Position numbers and translations under genes: made by a program. Below are positions 19,108 through 25,735 of a stretch of DNA of 64,000 nt, in pieces. The first letter of the stretch is position 1, and every line of letters starts with the position of its first letter. A model generated the notes under the pieces. The model saw only the letters and a program-made list of their open reading frames with translations, ran no database searches and was not told the DNA's origin. Source of the DNA: an uncultured virus (IMG/VR IMGVR_UViG_3300020165_000001) (Duplodnaviria; Heunggongvirae; Uroviricota; Caudoviricetes); the IMG/VR virus record IMGVR_UViG_3300020165_000001; one strand, 5' to 3'.

Positions 19108-19317
19108 CTATTGTTTTAGTTCTTTAATTTCCCAATTTTCATGAGCTATATCCATTTGCTCAAGTTCTTTTTCAGCTATTAGCGCCCATAAACCCTCATC
19201 ACCAGATAAGACTTTATCGTTAATAGTTGTTTTATGATCTCTTCCATCATCAGGAAATTTTAAAAACACACTTGTAGTATATTCTCTAGTTACTCTAAGT
19301 TCATATTCTTTATGCAT
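19108..19317 (-). CDS. Hypothetical protein
   Basis: 69-aa ORF in the operon. Confidence 0.5.
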   Translation of the reverse strand: MHKEYELRVTREYTTSVFLKFPDDGRDHKTTINDKVLSGDEGLWALIAEKELEQMDIAHENWEIKELKQ

Positions 19318-19414
19318 TGTCTTTTATTAATTTAGTCATTAATTTTACTAGCTTTTCCATAGCTTCAGCTAGTCTCTTGATGTCATTAGCTAGTTCTTGA
19401 TCTAATCTAGTCAT
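19310..19414 (-). CDS. Small coiled-coil peptide (34 aa, not in track)
   Basis: MTRLDQELANDIKRLAEAMEKLVKLMTKLIKDNA; overlaps both neighbours. Confidence 0.5.
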   Translation of the reverse strand: MTRLDQELANDIKRLAEAMEKLVKLMTKLIKDNA

Positions 19415-19655
19415 GGTAATAGCTTGTAATTCTTTCTATAATTCCTCTACCGTTAGCTGTATGAAACCCATAGCTATGTGTATGAAGCTCAGGTATTGGT
19501 TTGTTTTCTAATAACAAATATAGTAAGTCCCATTCGTTGTCATAATCCATATCTTCACGAGTTTGGTTTACAGCTTGTGCTAGTGCATAGACATCATGCC
19601 TTGGCTCACAATTAAGCGTGTTTATTATATATGATTCTACCTCTTGTCCACTCAT
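19407..19655 (-). CDS. Hypothetical protein
   Basis: 82-aa ORF. Confidence 0.5.
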   Translation of the reverse strand: MSGQEVESYIINTLNCEPRHDVYALAQAVNQTREDMDYDNEWDLLYLLLENKPIPELHTHSYGFHTANGRGIIERITSYYHD

Positions 19656-19659
19656 AATA

Positions 19660-19947
19660 TTAATGTTCTTGTTGGTCTTTAAAACTTGTAAAGCTCTTTG
19701 CTTTAACTACATTAGTTTTTTTATTTCTGTCAATATATTGAACGGCTTTTAATCCCTCCCATATTTCAGTTTCTCTTTTTACTACTTTGTAGCATTCTTC
19801 AATTAACATTTCTCTCTGTATTTCTACAGGTTTAGTTGGATTAACTGTGATGCTTTGCCCATAGTTAATCTTTACTGCTTCAAAGTTGCCTATATTTATA
19901 GACTTACTTACATTGAATGATATTGATGTTGTTTCTATTTTACTCAT
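19660..19947 (-). CDS. Hypothetical protein
   Basis: SINIGNFEAVKI motif; 95 aa. Confidence 0.55.
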   Translation of the reverse strand: MSKIETTSISFNVSKSINIGNFEAVKINYGQSITVNPTKPVEIQREMLIEECYKVVKRETEIWEGLKAVQYIDRNKKTNVVKAKSFTSFKDQQEH

Positions 19948-20216
19948 CTTTTAAATTGTTTTAAGTTTAAAAATCTTAACATATCTTTTTTAAGATCTGT
20001 TGTTTTATTTCTTAGCTTTTCCATTTCAAAGTATAAACCTCTTTCACCAAGATATGTATTGCTAATGCTTTCCAGTCTGTCTTTTAAATTATTAACAGAA
20101 GGTATTAGTTTGTTTTTAATAATAGTAAGTTCTTTCTGTCTCTCTATGTATGCTCTCCATGCATCGTAAGACTCATAAACTCTTTCTCCTATTTTTCTAA
20201 TTCTCATTGGTTCCAT
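19944..20216 (-). CDS. Hypothetical protein
   Basis: 90-aa ORF. Confidence 0.5.
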   Translation of the reverse strand: MEPMRIRKIGERVYESYDAWRAYIERQKELTIIKNKLIPSVNNLKDRLESISNTYLGERGLYFEMEKLRNKTTDLKKDMLRFLNLKQFKR

Positions 20217-20748
20217 TTACTTTAATTTTAGCAGGCTTAATATCAGCCACGTTAATACTTATTGTTTCTGTTTCTTCTCCACATGAAAGACATTTAGCTT
20301 CATATTCATCATCAAATAATACTTCTGCTTCACAGCATTCTGAAGCTGCGTCTAAGTCCCATGTAAAATCATCCCATATTACTTCATACTGTGCTGATAG
20401 TCTACCACCAAAGCACATGCCTGGCTCTTCGTATTCTAACGTAAAACATAAGTCGGGAAAATCTTGCATAATATTGTCTACCCATTGTATAGGAGGGCCC
20501 CAAGCTGATTCAAAGTTTACAGAAAAGTAATCTTTATCATCATGGTTTATATGTGGTTCGCAAGCATCCCATTTAGTTCCCCAATTAGCTATACTCCATT
20601 CATACCAATCTTTACGATCACCACGAGGAAGCGTTCCTTCAAATGAAAACTCTGTTTCTTTATGAGCATTCATAGATTTTTCTACAAATTCATGTAGTTG
20701 TTTTTCGTCACCTGATACTTCTAGGTGATTCCAGCACCAATTTGGCAT
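20197..20748 (-). CDS. DUF1281/YubB ferredoxin-like-domain protein
   Basis: MPNWCWN...WYEWSIANWGTKWD...FESAWGPP...YEEPG. Confidence 0.8.
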   Translation of the reverse strand: MPNWCWNHLEVSGDEKQLHEFVEKSMNAHKETEFSFEGTLPRGDRKDWYEWSIANWGTKWDACEPHINHDDKDYFSVNFESAWGPPIQWVDNIMQDFPDLCFTLEYEEPGMCFGGRLSAQYEVIWDDFTWDLDAASECCEAEVLFDDEYEAKCLSCGEETETISINVADIKPAKIKVNGTNEN

Positions 20749-20769
20749 AATTATTTGTTTTTAGTTAAT

Positions 20770-21227
20770 AAAAAAGGAAGAGAGTAGTAGGATAACAGCA
20801 AACGTTAGTTATCATTCCGTGGCCACACGCTACCACTACTCTCAACCTATTAATACACAACCCTTGAGTGACTGAAACTACTCTTCACCAGTGTTGTAGA
20901 TATGTAAAAAAGAACAGGCTATAGTACAGCTCGCGAGATGTCTATGACACAGACTATATTCGTGCTTGGTACAGTAAGAGAGCTACTCTTACTAAGTAAA
21001 TACGTATATAGTATTTACAGCCTTATTTTATACCTGTTCTTATAACAAAAAGAGGTAGGTTGAATCAGACCGATAGCGAGGAAAACCCTCTTTAGCATGC
21101 TATCTATATGTAACAACCCTTGGCATAGGATTTAGCTACTGTGTACCTACCTCTCTTATAACAAGAAAGAGGTTAGTGATGCATGCTTTTAAGCTGCCTG
21201 CAGGGCTTCTGCGCACGTCTCTTTCTT
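20770..21227 (-). ncRNA. Tandem array of candidate structured RNAs
   Basis: ORF-free region of about 460 nt with four consecutive multibranch elements closed by 8-10 bp perfect stems. Confidence 0.55.
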
Positions 21228-21619
21228 TATATTTGTGATGCTAATGCTTTAATCTGTTCGGGACTAATGCGACTAGCAATTGTTTTATATTTAGTTTTAA
21301 ATCTAGCTCTATGCTTAGTAAAAGCATTTACTATCTTATAGTATCTAGATATGTGTTTTCTTCTTAATGACTTATATTCTTCATTAGCCATATTTACTCT
21401 TTTTATAAATTCATTATATTTAGAGAATTTTCTTACAGCACCGCTAAGGTATTGTATTTCAAGTGTTTTAGCATTCTTGTAGTGTATAATACTGTCTGCA
21501 TATTTCTTTCTAAATGATGCATGTGCGATATCATATTTACTGATGTCAGGTGATTTTGCATCAATTAGTTTTTTTAAATCTTTCAGATAAGCTGAAGTAA
21601 TTTCATAAGGTTCTTTCAT
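21227..21619 (-). CDS. Basic hypothetical protein
   Basis: 130-aa ORF preceded by the early motif. Confidence 0.55.
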   Translation of the reverse strand: MKEPYEITSAYLKDLKKLIDAKSPDISKYDIAHASFRKKYADSIIHYKNAKTLEIQYLSGAVRKFSKYNEFIKRVNMANEEYKSLRRKHISRYYKIVNAFTKHRARFKTKYKTIASRISPEQIKALASQI

Positions 21620-21648
21620 GGTAAAAAGTTTTAGTTAGTATTATAGAG

Positions 21649-21682
21649 AATAGTAAAAAAGGAAGGAGCGTTAGCTCCGACC
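21649..21682 (-). promoter_or_regulatory. TAAC-loop hairpin plus TTTACTATT cassette
   Basis: Minus strand GGAGC-TAAC-GCTCC-TTCCTTTTTTACTATT. Confidence 0.7.
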
Positions 21683-21685
21683 TGT

Positions 21686-21937
21686 TTATTTGTAGTTGTT
21701 TAATTCTTCTTCTGTCAACGGTTTAGGTGTTAATGCTGTGAATATAGAGAATAATACTCCTGCAATAACAGCTGTAGCTAAGCCACTGAATGTACCTATA
21801 AATAACATAGGTAGTAATACGGTAAACAGTATGTCCCAGAATGTCTGAGTCTTTACTAGTCTACGCCTGCCTAAGGCTTTATATACTATGATATAATAAC
21901 CTATGGCAGCGAAGAATGCAGTTCCAATGATACTCAT
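21686..21937 (-). CDS. Small multi-pass membrane protein
   Basis: About three hydrophobic segments; LFIGTFSG...AGVLFS. Confidence 0.6.
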   Translation of the reverse strand: MSIIGTAFFAAIGYYIIVYKALGRRRLVKTQTFWDILFTVLLPMLFIGTFSGLATAVIAGVLFSIFTALTPKPLTEEELNNYK

Positions 21938-22245
21938 TAGAATGGCAGATTTTCTACAGTTTCTGTTAATTCTGCTTTAGCAGCAGCTTGAGGATTGTAG
22001 TCATTATGACTCATACTGTGAGTGAATTTACTACCCTCTTTGTTACTCCATACATCTGTTTGAACATAACCATTTGCATTTACATTCTCTTTCATCCAGT
22101 TGCAGAACTTTCTTGCATCAAAGTTTATCTTCATTAAAGTGTTACCATTATCAAATGTTATTTCTTTAATAAATACTCCTGATGCGAAATTAGTTTCTTT
22201 CTTTGCTACTGATTTCTTTGTTGCTTTTTTTGCTTTTGTTGCCAT
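21937..22245 (-). CDS. Small possible ssDNA-binding protein
   Basis: FASGVFIK...NANGYV, basic N-terminus, C-terminal ENLPF. Confidence 0.45.
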   Translation of the reverse strand: MATKAKKATKKSVAKKETNFASGVFIKEITFDNGNTLMKINFDARKFCNWMKENVNANGYVQTDVWSNKEGSKFTHSMSHNDYNPQAAAKAELTETVENLPF

Positions 22246-22308
22246 TTTTAGTTTAGTGGTTAAGCCACAAGCTATTAATTAATAATTAGTTTATTGTAAA
22301 TAGTAAAA

Positions 22309-22373
22309 ATAATCCCCTACGACTTGCACGCCAAGGTCCACTTTGCCACAAGGGCAGATTAGACAGGGATTAT
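22309..22373 (-). ncRNA. Candidate small structured RNA with its own upstream motif
   Basis: ATAATCCC/GGGATTAT closing stem, two inner hairpins, U-tract; TTTACTATTA at 22387-22396 just upstream. Confidence 0.5.
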
Positions 22374-22463
22374 ATATTGTTATAGTTAATAGTAAATAAC
22401 TAGAAGTTATAGAAGTATAGTTTATTAACTAAGTCTATATCCTTAAGATAGATGTTTAATATG

Positions 22464-23117
22464 TTATACACTTTCAATAAGTTTATTCATGTTTTTAGAA
22501 TCATCCATAAAATCGTTTTTACGCATAGCTCTAAATCCATCTTCTTGAGCATATTCTACCCATCCTCTTACAGATGATTGAATAATAAATTTATTGCATA
22601 TTAAATCAGCAATTTCATTAGGTTGTCCTGGTTCCGTTGGCCAACCATCAAATAACATAGTTAGTATATCTCCACGATTATCTTTATACCATCTTCCACT
22701 TACTAATATAGTTGTACCTTTCTTTGCTTCAGATATGAAATAGTCCATTGTTTCTTTAAATGAAATTCTTTCAGTTTCCGAATCACTAAAGTATATATCT
22801 ATTGTAAAGGGTAATAGCTCTTTTTGTTCAATATCTAGATAGTCACCTGTTTCTAAGAACCATTTATAAGCTTCTGCTCCTGTTTTATTTATTCCATGAT
22901 AATAATGGTGATAAACAAAATGTGGAGAGTTGTTAGTAGGTGCTATTGTATTTTGTATATTTATTAATAGATCAGTTAAAGTTTTGTGATTACGAGTGTA
23001 CTCGCCTGTTTCTATTAAATGTTCAATCCATCCTTTACATTTTTTTAGTATTTCTGATGAGCGTTCATTAGCATCATCCCATCCTCTTTCATATTCTGTG
23101 TCAATTAAATTTTCCAT
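22464..23117 (-). CDS. Hypothetical protein
   Basis: 217-aa ORF. Confidence 0.55.
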   Translation of the reverse strand: MENLIDTEYERGWDDANERSSEILKKCKGWIEHLIETGEYTRNHKTLTDLLINIQNTIAPTNNSPHFVYHHYYHGINKTGAEAYKWFLETGDYLDIEQKELLPFTIDIYFSDSETERISFKETMDYFISEAKKGTTILVSGRWYKDNRGDILTMLFDGWPTEPGQPNEIADLICNKFIIQSSVRGWVEYAQEDGFRAMRKNDFMDDSKNMNKLIESV

Positions 23118-23152
23118 AGTTTTATATTTGTTTAGTTAATGTTTAGGTTAAA

Positions 23153-23274
23153 AAGAGTAAGCCTCTTGAGTGTGATGGTACCCCCATCTGCTCTTTTATA
23201 GCGTAGTGATACTTCAATATATCACTATGTACTATAGTTATTAATGAGCTCTCACGCAAGTTAAGACTTACTCT
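23153..23274 (-). ncRNA. Candidate multibranch structured RNA
   Basis: AGAGTAAG/CTTACTCT closing stem; inner GATGG/CCATC and TAGTGATA/TATCACTA stems; U-tract on the minus strand. Confidence 0.5.
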
Positions 23275-23290
23275 CTTATGTAAAGAGCGA

Positions 23291-23584
23291 CTAATCCACT
23301 CTTATGTTTACGTCTCTTATAGAATAACAGTAATCTTGTACCATATCCTCAAAGCAAGTAGACCAATCTATGAATGGCATATTTACTAATTGCATATCTA
23401 TTACTGCTTTATCTTTAGCACGCTGTTCCATTATATCGTGTAAAGGTTCTACTTTGTATGTATGGAATACTGGTGTATCCATATGAATTGTTGTTGAGCA
23501 AGATGTACACTCAACTAAGTTGTGTGAATGCTCAAATGCTGTTGTGCTGTTGCAGTTATTGCAACTAATGTCTGTAAGTTTCAT
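23291..23584 (-). CDS. Zinc-ribbon protein
   Basis: CNNC...CTSC. Confidence 0.55.
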   Translation of the reverse strand: MKLTDISCNNCNSTTAFEHSHNLVECTSCSTTIHMDTPVFHTYKVEPLHDIMEQRAKDKAVIDMQLVNMPFIDWSTCFEDMVQDYCYSIRDVNIRVD

Positions 23585-23624
23585 ATAATAATATGTATTA
23601 GTAAGTAATTAGTTTATCTATTAT

Positions 23625-23654
23625 TAATAGTAAAAAAGGGAGCCGTTAGGCTCC
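23625..23654 (-). promoter_or_regulatory. TAAC-loop hairpin plus TTTACTATTA cassette
   Basis: Minus strand GGAGCC-TAAC-GGCTCC-CTTTTTTACTATTA. Confidence 0.75.
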
Positions 23655-23659
23655 GATTA

Positions 23660-23881
23660 TTAGAATGGTAAGTCATCATCATTTCCTTTTGATACTTGAT
23701 TGATTTCGCAATGCAACCAATTTTCATATGATAATGGGTTATCATTGCAATTATTGCAATAAGTTTTGTAATCAGACTGAAGTTGTTCTTGGATACGTTG
23801 ATGTTCTTCGGGTGTTGTGTCTCGCATTGTAGGTACTCCGTCTTTGTCATCAAATACTACGTTTTTAGATTTGTCAAGCAT
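23660..23881 (-). CDS. Small early protein with SSB-like C-terminal tail
   Basis: Likely start MLDKSK (ATG23881); ends GNDDDLPF. Confidence 0.55.
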   Translation of the reverse strand: MLDKSKNVVFDDKDGVPTMRDTTPEEHQRIQEQLQSDYKTYCNNCNDNPLSYENWLHCEINQVSKGNDDDLPF

Positions 23882-23954
23882 TTTATTATATGTATTGATT
23901 AATGTTATTATTAATAGTAAATATATGCGGAGCAATTAGAGTGATATATTATTA

Positions 23955-24020
23955 GTGAGTGAAACGAACACAGTAATGATGAGAGATAAGCGAGCAGTTC
24001 GTAGAACATATTTGCGAGCA
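23955..24020 (+). other. Strand-specific ssDNA-type hairpins (GNA triloops, tandem G.A pairs)
   Basis: GTGAGT-GAA-ACGAAC and GCGAGC-A-GTTC-GTA-GAAC-ATATTT-GCGAGC. Confidence 0.55.
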
Positions 24021-24030
24021 GTGTAAAAGA

Positions 24031-24046
24031 GGAGCCGTTAGGCTCC
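24031..24046 (-). terminator. Conserved TAAC-loop hairpin
   Basis: GGAGCC-TAAC-GGCTCC-TCTTTTAC, identical stem to 23639 and 24318. Confidence 0.7.
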
Positions 24047-24066
24047 GTCTATTGGAATGGTTAGTT

Positions 24067-24273
24067 TTACCACCACCAATCATCACTCCTACTCTCATCA
24101 TAAGCTTTCTCTGCTTTATTTGCTTTATCTATATCAGCTTTTTTATGCTTATAGATATATTTATTGTGCTTTACACTCAATCTATAAAATAGATGGTATT
24201 GTGATATAGTCAAATTCACTCCTCTGTCTCTACAGAATGCATTTAATAATATTGCTTGTCCTACTGTCATCAT
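24067..24273 (-). CDS. Hypothetical early protein
   Basis: 68 aa, ends DDWWW; preceded by the early motif. Confidence 0.5.
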   Translation of the reverse strand: MMTVGQAILLNAFCRDRGVNLTISQYHLFYRLSVKHNKYIYKHKKADIDKANKAEKAYDESRSDDWWW

Positions 24274-24304
24274 ATCTTTATATGTTTTAGTTAATACTTA
24301 TTAA

Positions 24305-24333
24305 TAATAGTAAAAAAGGAGCCGTTAGGCTCC
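24305..24333 (-). promoter_or_regulatory. TAAC-loop hairpin plus TTTACTATTA cassette
   Basis: Minus strand GGAGCC-TAAC-GGCTCC-TTTTTTACTATTA. Confidence 0.75.
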
Positions 24334-24339
24334 ATAGTT

Positions 24340-24522
24340 TTAAATAGATAGTTCATAATAATCTATCATTGATAATGGTTTTGTATTGATTGTTTCTAAA
24401 AAGTCACAATAAATAAACCATTCTAATTTTAATGTTTTAAATTCTTTTAGTGATTGAATTTTATCAGCCACTAAGTTGTTGAAGATATTTAATTCTTCTT
24501 GTGTTGTGATTATCTCACTCAT
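24340..24522 (-). CDS. Hypothetical early protein
   Basis: 60 aa; motif at 24554-24563 upstream. Confidence 0.5.
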   Translation of the reverse strand: MSEIITTQEELNIFNNLVADKIQSLKEFKTLKLEWFIYCDFLETINTKPLSMIDYYELSI

Positions 24523-24567
24523 AATGTATATATATTAATTAATAACTTATTATTAATAGTAAATATT

Positions 24568-24710
24568 TAATCAGCTAAATATATTAAGGAATATAGTTTG
24601 TTGTAAAAAATAGCTAGAACGCTTGACAATGTCATTTAAAATGTATAACTTCGCAAACTCAATAGTTAGTTATTATACTAATCAGCTAAATATATTAGAA
24701 CATATAGTTT
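24568..24710. repeat. 19-bp exact (about 32-bp imperfect) direct repeat in AT-rich non-coding DNA
   Basis: TAATCAGCTAAATATATTA at 24568-24586 and 24679-24697, each followed 4 nt later by ATATAGTTT. Confidence 0.8.
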
Positions 24711-24887
24711 ATACTTATTATAATCATTACTAATGTATTAATTGATTGATTATCAATGTTTTAACTTAATACTTATAGTGTTTATAGGTATTATAGTATA
24801 GTTATTAAGGGTGTTAGACTGTATCACACTCACACTTATATCCGCAATATTTATAGTATTTTCACAGATAATGTTAAAAAAAGAGAA

Positions 24888-25025
24888 CTAATTGTTCTCT
24901 CTTATTTCTTTTTTAGCTTCTTTGATACCTTGTTTAACGCCTTCTGATATACCAACGTATATTCCGACCATTGTACCTACTGTCTTACCAGTTAAAACTG
25001 CTGCTTTGTTTACTAAATCTTTCAT
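24888..25025 (-). CDS. First gene of the minus block (45 aa, not in track)
   Basis: MKDLVNKAAVLTGKTVGTMVGIYVGISEGVKQGIKEAKKEIRENN; TTTACTATT motif 32 nt upstream; AGAGAAC/GTTCTCT hairpin with T-tract at the stop. Confidence 0.55.
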   Translation of the reverse strand: MKDLVNKAAVLTGKTVGTMVGIYVGISEGVKQGIKEAKKEIRENN

Positions 25026-25160
25026 GATATTTTTAGTTTAATTAATACTTATTTAAAATAGTAAAAAGAAAGATAGGGTGGGGTATCCAAAGATTTGAAA
25101 ACCAAGGGGGGTTTTAGGCATATAGTATCCCTCCCTCACAAAAAAAATAAAAATTTTTTA

Positions 25161-25168
25161 TATCTTTG
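25161..25168 (+). promoter_or_regulatory. Bacteroidota-type -7 promoter for the late block
   Basis: TATCTTTG, 21 nt upstream of ATG25190. Confidence 0.65.
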
Positions 25169-25189
25169 TAAAAACTTAAACCTTACGCT

Positions 25190-25735
25190 ATGACACAAGA
25201 AGATCAAAATCTACAAAGCTTATTCGCTAATTTAAATCAAGTATCCCGAAATTCTATGATAAGAGAGAAGGTTGGAGGAGGTACAGGTGGTGGTTCTAAT
25301 ATAGCAGAAGGGACTATGGATCCAAATACATTAATGACAGGTAATCCATATATTGCTAAGAATGTTGTTGAGTTTAATCAAGGAGGAATGGTAGGAGCAT
25401 CAGGTGCGCCAACAATGAATAATCCTTATATTGAAAAGATGAATCAATTAGTAGGCTTACAGCAAATGGTGAATGTAGGAAAAGGTTTAGCAAATAACGT
25501 CTTACAACAAGAAGCTATGATGTCTGCTCCTCAAGCAAACTACGGGATGAAAAGAAAGTATCAAGAAGGAGGAAACTTTCCACACAACATGTATCATCCA
25601 AAAACTGGATACAAAATAGTAGCAGAAGATAATGACGCACATACTAAATTAGCTAAGGCTGGATTTGGTCATACGCCTAAAGCTGCTTATGGTATGAAAA
25701 TGAAAAAAAGATACACTAACGGGGGTAGATTCTAA
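25190..25735 (+). CDS. Hypothetical protein with repeated (F/Y)xxGG and AxYGMK motifs, probably virion-internal
   Basis: FNQGG, ANYGMK, YQEGG, AAYGMK, YTNGG. Confidence 0.55.
   Translation: MTQEDQNLQSLFANLNQVSRNSMIREKVGGGTGGGSNIAEGTMDPNTLMTGNPYIAKNVVEFNQGGMVGASGAPTMNNPYIEKMNQLVGLQQMVNVGKGLANNVLQQEAMMSAPQANYGMKRKYQEGGNFPHNMYHPKTGYKIVAEDNDAHTKLAKAGFGHTPKAAYGMKMKKRYTNGGRF

Noticed and set aside
20855..20900. Possible hammerhead ribozyme (minus-strand CTGGTGA before a hairpin)
   Set aside because: The core deviates from CUGANGA and the required GAAA after stem II is absent.
20770..23274. Structured elements as tRNA genes
   Set aside because: No convincing TTC-containing T-loop, D-loop or cloverleaf spacing by eye; tRNAscan-SE or ARAGORN would settle it.
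23625..24333. Repeated GGAGCCGTTAGGCTCC as a CRISPR array
   Set aside because: The repeat is only 16 bp, spacing is 290-390 nt and contains ORFs, and no cas genes are present.
24623..24649. Sigma70-like promoter TTGACA...TATAAC
   Set aside because: The spacer is only 15 nt, there is no nearby + strand gene, and the inferred host uses TAnnTTTG; the TGACA palindrome explains the match.
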